Assembly (NCBI GenBank): GCA_035531395.1
Contig: DATKTA010000023.1
Coordinates: 282,783-346,782, forward strand
DNA from: Bacteroidales bacterium
GTDB taxonomy: Bacteria > Bacteroidota > Bacteroidia > Bacteroidales > VadinHA17
Reading direction: 5' to 3'
DNA: 64,000 nucleotides
The notes below the pieces were generated by a model. That model made no database searches. It worked only from the letters and a program-made list of their open reading frames with translations, and had not been told where the DNA came from. This document shows positions 36,560 through 44,761 of this stretch, in pieces. Position 1 is the stretch's first letter; the number at the start of each line of letters is the position of its first letter. The translations under genes and the position numbers were made by a program.

Positions 36560-37801
36560 ATGGCAAACGAAATTACTGTTAATGGTCGCAGGAAACTTGT
36601 AACTGCCGGATACCTTATTCCCTTTATTCTTGTAACAAGTCTTTTTTTCCTGTGGGGTTTTGCCCATAGCTTGCTGGATGTTCTTAATAAGCACTTCCAG
36701 GAGATATTAGGTATTACAAAAGCTATGTCGGGCTGGGTGCAGGCTGCCCTGTATGGAGGCTATGCTGTTATGGCGATACCGGCAGGACTAATAATGAGCC
36801 ATATTGGCTATAAAAAAGGAATCATATTCGGATTGCTTCTTTATGCAACAGGAGCTTTTCTTTTTCTTCCCGCAGCTGAGATCCAGACCTTTGAATTTAC
36901 ACTTTTCTGTCTTTTTGTGATCGCTTGCGGACTCACAATACTGGAGACAGCTGCAAATCCATATTCAACAGTACTCGGACCAAAGGATACATCGGAGCAG
37001 CGGCTTAATTTTTCGCAGTCATTCAACGGTCTTGGCTGGATCATTGGACCAACGGTCGGAGGGTGGTTTATTTTCAGGGGTGGAGAAGTGGCAGTGACCA
37101 ATAAGTTTGCATCAATGATTATGCCATATATGATTATTGGTATCCTGGTGACGCTGGTTGCAATAATGTTCATATTTACAAAGCTCCCGAATATTCATGA
37201 GGGAGAACACGACGATCGTGGCGACAAGGGTAAATACAAGCAGCTTCTAAAATTCAGACATTTTAAATTTGCAGTGGTAGCACAGTTCTTTTATGTAGCT
37301 GCCCAGACAGGTATAAACAGTTTCTTTATAAATTATGTTACAGAAACAATGCCTCAGTTCAGTAATGAAAAGGCAGCATACCTCTTATCACTGGGATTTG
37401 TTTTCTTTATGATTGGCAGATTCTCAGGCAGCGTGATGATGACCTGGTTTAAGCCAAATCAGATGCTCGCTCTCTATGCAGGGATAAATATACTTACAAT
37501 GCTTTTTGTAATCCTCGGCCTTGGCTGGCTTTCCCTGATTTCAATTTATATTACTTATTTCTGCATGTCAATCATGTTCCCGACAATTTTTGCCCTTGGA
37601 ATAAAAGACCTTGGAGGGCTGACAAAGAAAGGATCCTCACTTCTGGTAATGATGGTAGCAGGTGGTGCTGTCTGCCCTATGCTGATGGGCTGGATAGCTG
37701 ATGTTACAAATATGGCAACAGGATTTATCGTGCCTTTGATCTGTTTCGCTGTAATTCTTGTTTTTGGATTGAGAGGCTATAAAGTTAATCTCAGGGCATA
37801 A
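36560..37801 (+). CDS. Sugar MFS transporter of the L-fucose/glucose/galactose:H+ symporter (FucP-like) type
   Basis: FFLWGFAHSLLDVLNKHFQ...GWVQAALYGGYAVMAIPAG matches the FucP/GluP N-terminal signature. Twelve TM segments are present. Confidence 0.75.
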   Translation: MANEITVNGRRKLVTAGYLIPFILVTSLFFLWGFAHSLLDVLNKHFQEILGITKAMSGWVQAALYGGYAVMAIPAGLIMSHIGYKKGIIFGLLLYATGAFLFLPAAEIQTFEFTLFCLFVIACGLTILETAANPYSTVLGPKDTSEQRLNFSQSFNGLGWIIGPTVGGWFIFRGGEVAVTNKFASMIMPYMIIGILVTLVAIMFIFTKLPNIHEGEHDDRGDKGKYKQLLKFRHFKFAVVAQFFYVAAQTGINSFFINYVTETMPQFSNEKAAYLLSLGFVFFMIGRFSGSVMMTWFKPNQMLALYAGINILTMLFVILGLGWLSLISIYITYFCMSIMFPTIFALGIKDLGGLTKKGSSLLVMMVAGGAVCPMLMGWIADVTNMATGFIVPLICFAVILVFGLRGYKVNLRA

Positions 37802-38010
37802 GGTCTAGTTGAATAGCTTAAACGACCGGGAATTATTATCTGGAAAGCTTATCATTTATAAACGTTCCGAGCTGTTTACCCATTTCAGCCCCGATATTTT
37901 TTGGCATATGAATAAATACGGAGCTTTGATAGTTAAACATTGTATTGAAACTTTGACTAATATTGAGTAGATGTTTGGCATTTAACCTTATTATGTACAA
38001 GAAATAAACA

Positions 38011-40074
38011 ATGGAAAGTAAATCCGGATTCAGCCCATTCTTATTATTCTCATTCCTTGCAATAATCGCAATTACTATAACCACATTACCGGTTGCAGCG
38101 CAGTACTCATCTTCTGTGATAAAGGTTGAATATTTAAAGGCAGGAGAGAGTCAGTCTGAAATGACTGAGATACCTGTAGTCTCACAAACAGGTAGTGCGA
38201 ATGGCCATATATTAGTTTATAGGGACAGATCGTATCAGGTTGTTATTCATGAGATTGACAGGAATTACTATACTGAAGTAAATGGAGAGATTGAAAGCCT
38301 ATCAGGAGCCAATTCCTGTTTAACCCTGAGACTGATATTTCCGGAAAAAGGAGAGAAGTGGATATGGTATACCGGACTTGACACATCTACAGAAATGAAA
38401 AGCGGGTTAATTTATACTGATACAGTTAGTACAAGAACAACCATCCCACCTGACGGAGCTTTCAATGGAAAGGATCTCTCCTCCGGGGGATATGGGGATC
38501 CCGTTGGCAAAGGGACCATGTCATTTTATCCATTATGTGCCCTATCAATCGGGTCAAAGGGAAAAGGATTGGGAGTTGATCTGTCGCTGCCGGTTGTTTA
38601 CCGCCTTTCCGGTAAAATAGAGGAGGGTTTATCGGCCGAGTTTGACCTTGCTACCTCGCCACTGACTATGAAATTCCCCGACAGGGCATTTTTCAAATTG
38701 GCCAGGTTTGATTTTGATCCTGAATGGGGAATGAGGGCGGCACTTAAAGTGTACTATAATATCTATGCGGAGGCTTTTAAAAAGAGAGTGGTCAATGAAG
38801 GGATCTGGCTGCCTTTTACCGCCATGCGTTCGATACCGGGATGGGAGGATTTCGGATTTGCCTTTCATGAGACCTCCTGGGGTAGTTCTGATATGAAAGA
38901 TGGAGTTAAAACACCTAATATAATCTCTGACAGGGGCAGCGGAGTCTCAAGTTTTCAGTATACTGAACCCTGGGATGTCCAGATCCCCATAAGAGCAAAG
39001 AACATACCATATGATTCTGTTGTCTCTGACAAGTTGTTGCCTGAGCGGCACAAAGTATATCTTGAAGCAAGTGCCACAAAGGACAAGAATGGTTTGTGGC
39101 AGACTAGGCGACTGGAGACACCCTGGTTCAGGACAGGATGGGCAGTAAGTATTACAACTAACTGCGATCCCGAGCTTCCCGGATTCAACAGGTACCAGTT
39201 TGTTATGGATGGAGAGGTCAATCCGGCCATAAAAATGAATGTTGACGGAATCTATTTTGACTCAATGGAATGGAACTGGCATCACGATCTGAACTACAAC
39301 GAAGACCATTTTTCGTTTACAGATTTTCCACTGACCTTTTCCTATGCTGTAGGGAAACCGGCAATCTGGCATCTGGTTTCTGAGTTTGAGTTTATGAAGA
39401 AGATATCTGATCAGATGCATGGTCAGGGTAAGCTTGCAATGGGCAACGGACATGGATGGAATCCTTTTGTTGCTTCAAATCTTGACCTTTTCGGAGCGGA
39501 GCTAAGCTGGTATTCAACAGGTGATCATAATATCACTTCTCTCGATTTCAAACGGGCAATTTCGTTTCAGAAGCCAATAGTTTTTTTGCTGAATGAAGGG
39601 CTTAACGACAAGGCATTTACAGATGCTCCCTATAATGGATATGAGGTCTATTTTGAAAAGATGATGGCATATGGATTTTTTCCCTCATTCTTCAGTGTTG
39701 ATGCTTCAAATGATCCTTACTGGCAGGACAAGAAAAAAATTGAGAACGGCAGGCCCTTTTTTAAAAAATATATACCTCTCATTAAAGAGATATCAGCTGC
39801 AGGGTGGGAACCGGTTACATTAGCCAGAACAGTATCCGGAGGAGTAAGGATTGAAAGATTTGGAGAGTCCGGTTCACTGTTTTTTACAGTCAGAAATAAT
39901 AATACCTCAGATGTAATATGCAGAGTTGTACTGGATTTGGTTGAGCTTGGAATAAATGGCCGTTACACTGCATCAGAGCTTGTCACCGGCAAAGAGGCCG
40001 GCGTTAAATCAAACACAATTAATGTATTGGTCCCAGCTGGGAGGACCAGAGTTATCAGGGTAGAATCTGAATAA
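38011..40074 (+). CDS. Uncharacterised exported protein (687 aa), possibly a novel glycoside-hydrolase-like fold
   Basis: A signal or anchor sequence (FLAIIAITITTLPVAAQ) is present. I recognise no family. Acidic/aromatic blocks (DGIYFDSMEWNWHHD, GNGHGWNPF, LNEGLND) are reminiscent of TIM-barrel GH-like proteins. The function is inferred from context only. Confidence 0.4.
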   Translation: MESKSGFSPFLLFSFLAIIAITITTLPVAAQYSSSVIKVEYLKAGESQSEMTEIPVVSQTGSANGHILVYRDRSYQVVIHEIDRNYYTEVNGEIESLSGANSCLTLRLIFPEKGEKWIWYTGLDTSTEMKSGLIYTDTVSTRTTIPPDGAFNGKDLSSGGYGDPVGKGTMSFYPLCALSIGSKGKGLGVDLSLPVVYRLSGKIEEGLSAEFDLATSPLTMKFPDRAFFKLARFDFDPEWGMRAALKVYYNIYAEAFKKRVVNEGIWLPFTAMRSIPGWEDFGFAFHETSWGSSDMKDGVKTPNIISDRGSGVSSFQYTEPWDVQIPIRAKNIPYDSVVSDKLLPERHKVYLEASATKDKNGLWQTRRLETPWFRTGWAVSITTNCDPELPGFNRYQFVMDGEVNPAIKMNVDGIYFDSMEWNWHHDLNYNEDHFSFTDFPLTFSYAVGKPAIWHLVSEFEFMKKISDQMHGQGKLAMGNGHGWNPFVASNLDLFGAELSWYSTGDHNITSLDFKRAISFQKPIVFLLNEGLNDKAFTDAPYNGYEVYFEKMMAYGFFPSFFSVDASNDPYWQDKKKIENGRPFFKKYIPLIKEISAAGWEPVTLARTVSGGVRIERFGESGSLFFTVRNNNTSDVICRVVLDLVELGINGRYTASELVTGKEAGVKSNTINVLVPAGRTRVIRVESE

Positions 40075-40076
40075 GG

Positions 40077-42287
40077 TCAATTTGTTTCGACGTACGGTTC
40101 AGTAATATTAAGAAGTTTTTCGCCATACTCATTCCACAATTCTTTTGCGAGCTCTACTGCATTTCCTTCAGGTGAGGCAATCAGCTTCTCTTCTCTCAAT
40201 GTTATCCAGTTGTCTTCCCACAGGATAATCTCTTTTTTGAAGTTTTCATAATTAAGTTTCTCACCTCCGGTAATTTCATTCCTCATTGCAGCAAAGAACA
40301 TTTCCCATTTTGGCAGGTAATATGATGTATAAAGACCAGCCCAGTCTTTAATGGCATAACCATAGAGAACACGACCTCCCCAGGTTGTAATTATTGCCCT
40401 GGCATTCCATTCATACAGCTTTGCTTCCTCTGCATTTGTTGCCCTCTCCCTGCTGTCGGCTACCCATTTTCCAAAAAGGAACTCCTCCCTTGTTGTCATC
40501 AGTTCTTCAATTTTCCTGGCAAGAGCTTTAAATTCAGCAACTTTCAGGTCAAAATCCTTTAAGTTCCCAACCCTGTAATTATCGTTGATCTCGTAAAGAA
40601 TGTGTCCTGCATACTGACCGAATATCTGCCTTGAAATATTAACAATATCGAACTGGTAAGAATCAATCTCCTTTAGCTTGTCAGATGCATCGATCAACAT
40701 CTTTGCACCAACAACGGGATCTAACCTGATATTAATATCCTTTTCCATAAAAGCGGGCCTGGATATAACAGGATTTGGTTCAAAAAGTCCGGGACTAACA
40801 TAATAATAACTGAAAATTTTCTTCCAGGCTTCGTCTACCTTTTCGTCAGGAGATCCATACCGGGAAGTCAGATATTGTTTTTTCCAATTCTCCGGATCTG
40901 GTACTTCTTTTTCCCATATCATGTCTGTAACAAGCTGATAAGTTACAGGATTATAATCGAGTCCTTCCATCATAAGTCCCATTCCGCAGAGATTTCCTTT
41001 GTCCGGACTGGAAAGAGCTTTTCTGAAGTTTTCATCAATCTGTTTAAGGCCACCAAACATACTGACATTATCGCCGAAGTTTGAAATAATGGACCATACC
41101 CATGGTTTCCCGTACCATCCGTCGTGCTTGTACCAGCCAGTGTAATGCCATGATTCGCCCATCAGTTCAAGAGCTATCATCCGATCATCAGGGACACCGT
41201 CGAAATAGGCTTTTGTCCGGTCCTTGTTCCAGAACAGAAGTTCTTTGAATGGCCATGTCTGGATTACCCATTTGCCTTCAGGATCGGCCTTGATGATACT
41301 GTTATAGATTGTACAGCTCATATTTTTAAGGAAAAGAGTATCCCCATTTGCCGGTTCCATCTCTATGAACTGGTCAACTGCATAAAGATGATCGGTTCCA
41401 TACTCTTTTTCCAGTTCAAGAATGAATTCTTTTCCGATCTCTGTAAAAAGTGGCTCCTCCCACCCAAGAAGTACTGTCGGTTCAAAGTCGATCCATGTAA
41501 GGTTTGTGAATTTCAGCTGAGGATTTTTCCTTGCAAAAGCAGGCGGGACATGACCAGTAAATCCCTGAAGAACAGGTGTCATTCCAAGTTCTCTTTCTCG
41601 TTGAAGAATCTTTTTCTGTAGTACACATTCATTATCTATCCATGATTGTGGTAATGGTCCTCCAAATCCATCAATGCATCCCATTCTTCCAAATGCATTA
41701 TATGCCGGGCCAACAAAGAAATCTTCAAGATCTTTTTCAGATAAACCGAACTTTTTATAGACACGCTGCCAGATAATCTCCTGTCCCATTGGTGCCAGGG
41801 GCATGTTAATTCCGTTCATAGCCATCCAGTCGATCATCCTTTCCCATTGCTCCCAGTCCCAGAAAGACATGGTATATGAGAAGGTACAGTAGTTGAAAAT
41901 ATACCTGTAACGGTATGGCGATTCTTTCCTTATCTTCTCAAATTTAAGGGGGAGATTTCCTTTAATATTCAGGTTATTGCCACATCTCCAGTTCCAGGTA
42001 GCATTACAGATGTATTTAAGATAGTAGTTGAATCCGCTGCAGATAGCAATACCTGATGTGCCGCTTATATGAATCTTATTGTTCTTTGCTTCAATTTCAA
42101 AGATATCATTTTCACCTTCTTTTTCTAATGTTCTGAGGATGAATTGCTTTGAATGTTCCGGAAGAACCCTTTCAATTACACCCATGGCTGAGATAATTTC
42201 GGGACTATCAGATTTCCTGGATAATACGATTACCGTAAATAAAAGGACCAATAATATTCCTGCTATTAAGAATCTACGGTTTATCAT
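40077..42287 (-). CDS. GH89 alpha-N-acetylglucosaminidase (NAGLU-type)
   Basis: YRYIFNYCTFSYTMSFWDWEQWERMIDWMAMNGINMPLA is the NAGLU TIM-barrel start. The N-terminal alpha/beta and C-terminal helical regions are present. ATG 42287 gives MINRRFLIAGILLVLLF, a signal or anchor sequence. Confidence 0.85.
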   Translation of the reverse strand: MINRRFLIAGILLVLLFTVIVLSRKSDSPEIISAMGVIERVLPEHSKQFILRTLEKEGENDIFEIEAKNNKIHISGTSGIAICSGFNYYLKYICNATWNWRCGNNLNIKGNLPLKFEKIRKESPYRYRYIFNYCTFSYTMSFWDWEQWERMIDWMAMNGINMPLAPMGQEIIWQRVYKKFGLSEKDLEDFFVGPAYNAFGRMGCIDGFGGPLPQSWIDNECVLQKKILQRERELGMTPVLQGFTGHVPPAFARKNPQLKFTNLTWIDFEPTVLLGWEEPLFTEIGKEFILELEKEYGTDHLYAVDQFIEMEPANGDTLFLKNMSCTIYNSIIKADPEGKWVIQTWPFKELLFWNKDRTKAYFDGVPDDRMIALELMGESWHYTGWYKHDGWYGKPWVWSIISNFGDNVSMFGGLKQIDENFRKALSSPDKGNLCGMGLMMEGLDYNPVTYQLVTDMIWEKEVPDPENWKKQYLTSRYGSPDEKVDEAWKKIFSYYYVSPGLFEPNPVISRPAFMEKDINIRLDPVVGAKMLIDASDKLKEIDSYQFDIVNISRQIFGQYAGHILYEINDNYRVGNLKDFDLKVAEFKALARKIEELMTTREEFLFGKWVADSRERATNAEEAKLYEWNARAIITTWGGRVLYGYAIKDWAGLYTSYYLPKWEMFFAAMRNEITGGEKLNYENFKKEIILWEDNWITLREEKLIASPEGNAVELAKELWNEYGEKLLNITEPYVETN

Positions 42288-42515
42288 AAGCAATTAAATA
42301 ACCATTTATGTCAGCAGTCCAACATGGTAAAAGCAGTAAATAGTAATTATTATAGCTTTCATTTGCTGAAGTATCCTCAAACTCATAAATATAGTTAAAA
42401 AAATATGCATTATAAATGTCATTGTATATATTTATACTATAATAGGAATGAATGATTTGACGATTGAAACTGTTTTATTGATGTCCATTTTATAATCTTA
42501 TTTAACCCTACATGT

Positions 42516-43754
42516 ATGAGTAAAAATTCTGACACACCGGCTGGTAGCAACACCGCAGAAGGTATTATAATTTCACCTTCACAGCGAATTGCTACAATTG
42601 ATATTCTGAGGGCATTTACAATGGTCCTGATGATATTTGTTAATGATCTGTGGTCCCTGAAGGACATCCCGGAATGGCTCGGGCATGCGGAAAGAGGTGT
42701 GGACGGGATCGGACTGGCAGACGTTGTATTTCCGGCTTTCCTTTTTATAGTCGGTTTGTCATTGCCCTATGCTATTAATAATCGCAGGAAAAAAGGTGAC
42801 AACGAATGGCAGCTTATGCAGCATGTATTGTTAAGGACCTTTGCTCTCGTGGTAATGGGTGTATTCCTCGTCAATGGAGAAACTTATAATGCAGCTGCAA
42901 CAGGTATGCCAAGGATGTTCTGGAATCCTATTTGCTGTATTGCCTTTATACTTATCTGGAATACATATCCTGATACCTGGAATAAGAAAGTTGTTTACGC
43001 TATTAAAGGTGTTGCAATAGCTGTTTTATTAATACTTGCAATAATCTACAGGGGGGGGCAGGAAGGTAATATTTACAGGTTCTCACCACAATGGTGGGGT
43101 ATTCTGGGACTTATCGGATGGGCATACCTGGTGAGCGGGACAATAACAATTTTTGGTAAAAACAAAATGTGGGTTATTATTGCAGGCTGGGCCTTCTTCT
43201 GTATATTAAGCATGGCCGGCAAGGCTCATCTGATCCCCCGGGAAATAATGAGAGTGATACCAAGTGCAATAAGCGGGGGTACACTTACCGGGCTGACATT
43301 GGGAGGAGTTCTTACAACAATGATATTCCAGCATTTTGTTAGAAAGGGAGAGAATGGTAAAATGACTCTCACCTTGCTTGGATTTTCTGCTGTTCTCATT
43401 ATTCTTTCAGTTATCACCAGGCCTTACTGGGGTCTGGCAAAACTTGGTGCAACACCTGCATGGCTTTTCCTTTGCAGTGCATTTACTATCCTTGCCTTCA
43501 TAGCAATATACTGGGTTGCAGATATCGGGAAAAAAGCCAGATGGTTCAATATTATTAAGCCTGCAGGTGTGGCTACAATCCTCTGTTATCTTGTACCCTA
43601 CCTTTTATATGGAATAAAGAATTTTTTACATATAAGTCTTCCTGAAGCAATAAGAACCGGAGGTGTTGGCCTAGTTAAGACATTTCTTTTTGCAATGCTT
43701 TGTGTTGCAGTAACCGGATTGCTAATAAGAATAGGAGTAAGAATGAAGTTGTAA
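42516..43754 (+). CDS. Polytopic membrane acyltransferase of the HGSNAT / DUF5009 (COG4299) type
   Basis: QRIATIDILRAFTMVLMIFVNDLW is the characteristic first TM motif. About 10-11 TM segments are present and the protein is 412 aa. A G8 homopolymer lies at 43051-43058. Confidence 0.7.
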   Translation: MSKNSDTPAGSNTAEGIIISPSQRIATIDILRAFTMVLMIFVNDLWSLKDIPEWLGHAERGVDGIGLADVVFPAFLFIVGLSLPYAINNRRKKGDNEWQLMQHVLLRTFALVVMGVFLVNGETYNAAATGMPRMFWNPICCIAFILIWNTYPDTWNKKVVYAIKGVAIAVLLILAIIYRGGQEGNIYRFSPQWWGILGLIGWAYLVSGTITIFGKNKMWVIIAGWAFFCILSMAGKAHLIPREIMRVIPSAISGGTLTGLTLGGVLTTMIFQHFVRKGENGKMTLTLLGFSAVLIILSVITRPYWGLAKLGATPAWLFLCSAFTILAFIAIYWVADIGKKARWFNIIKPAGVATILCYLVPYLLYGIKNFLHISLPEAIRTGGVGLVKTFLFAMLCVAVTGLLIRIGVRMKL

Positions 43755-43764
43755 AATTATAGTC

Positions 43765-44730
43765 ATGAGAAAAATACTTTTTTGGATCTTTCTTATTTCA
43801 GCCTTTTTAGTTAGTCCTGTCACCGGACAGAAAACATCTGACTTCAAAGTTGTTGGCTACTATTCTATGAGATCGGCAATGACCGATTTCAAAAAGTTTC
43901 CTTTTAAGAGGGTAACACATGTTAACCTGTTTTTCCTTAATCCAGATACAGCAGGTAATTATAACCAGGATTTTTCAGCACTCGAACCTTTCATTAAAAA
44001 GGCCCATAAAAAGGGGGTTAAGGTTCTTTTTTCAATTGGAGGGGGAGGTGCGCATCCTTATTATCATAGGTTACTTCAGGATGATAAGCGTGGAATGATA
44101 GTTCAGAAACTGGCTGACATTGTTGTAAAATATGATCTTGATGGCCTTGACAATGATCTTGAGCATGGTGATATTGATGAAAACTATGAAGATTTTACTG
44201 TTGAACTGAATTCAGCTCTTAAGGCGCATAATAAAATTCTTACAGCAGCCATCGTGGTGACAAATCCGGATCTCTTTTCCGACAAGGTCCTTGCTCAGTA
44301 TGATTTTGTGAATATCATGTCGTATGACCATACTGGTCCATGGCGTCCTGATAAGCCGGGTCAGCATGCCTCTTATCAGCACTCAATAGAGGATATAGAA
44401 TATTTTGGAGTTAAGCGGGGAATTCCTGCAAAAGAGATGATGCTTGGTGTTCCTTTTTACGGATATGGATTCGGACCGGACCTGACCTCAAAAGCCAAAA
44501 GCATGAACTATCGCCAGATAGTTGAGGCTTATCCGGGATCGGAATCCTTCGATGAGCTCACGATAGAGAATGGAATGAACATGTATTATAACGGGATGCC
44601 AACAATGAGGAAAAAGACACAGCTGGCCATGGAAAAGGCAGGAGGTATTATGATATGGCAGCTGGGAGGTGATGCCCATGGTTCAAAGTCACTGCTTAAG
44701 GTTATAAACGATACAGCTTATTCTAAATAA
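43765..44730 (+). CDS. GH18 glycoside hydrolase (small, endo-beta-N-acetylglucosaminidase/chitinase-like), secreted
   Basis: FKVVGYY, VLFSIGGGG, the catalytic LDGLDNDLEH (DxxDxDxE), MSYDH and IMIWQLGGD are all present. A signal peptide is present. Confidence 0.8.
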   Translation: MRKILFWIFLISAFLVSPVTGQKTSDFKVVGYYSMRSAMTDFKKFPFKRVTHVNLFFLNPDTAGNYNQDFSALEPFIKKAHKKGVKVLFSIGGGGAHPYYHRLLQDDKRGMIVQKLADIVVKYDLDGLDNDLEHGDIDENYEDFTVELNSALKAHNKILTAAIVVTNPDLFSDKVLAQYDFVNIMSYDHTGPWRPDKPGQHASYQHSIEDIEYFGVKRGIPAKEMMLGVPFYGYGFGPDLTSKAKSMNYRQIVEAYPGSESFDELTIENGMNMYYNGMPTMRKKTQLAMEKAGGIMIWQLGGDAHGSKSLLKVINDTAYSK

Positions 44731-44761
44731 CATATAAACGAGCTGATAAATTAGTAACAGA

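Noticed and set aside
37836-38084. Small ORFs in or across intergenic regions. Examples are 37836..38084, 36148..36438, 35751..36002, 42437..42667, 49982..50170 and 27626..27826.
   Set aside because: They overlap promoters or the ends of well-supported genes on the opposite strand. They have no motifs and no plausible start context.
42288-42293. ORF-track starts that are TTG or GTG codons, giving short N-terminal extensions. The starts affected are 1824, 5214, 12610, 15817, 18684, 35812, 42293, 55928 and 57188.
   Set aside because: Checking the DNA shows that most of these first codons are TTG or GTG. I did not check the first codons at 5214 and 18684. In each case a nearby in-frame ATG yields a canonical signal peptide, lipobox or Tat motif at the very N-terminus, so I used the ATG. 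The alternative starts cannot be formally excluded.
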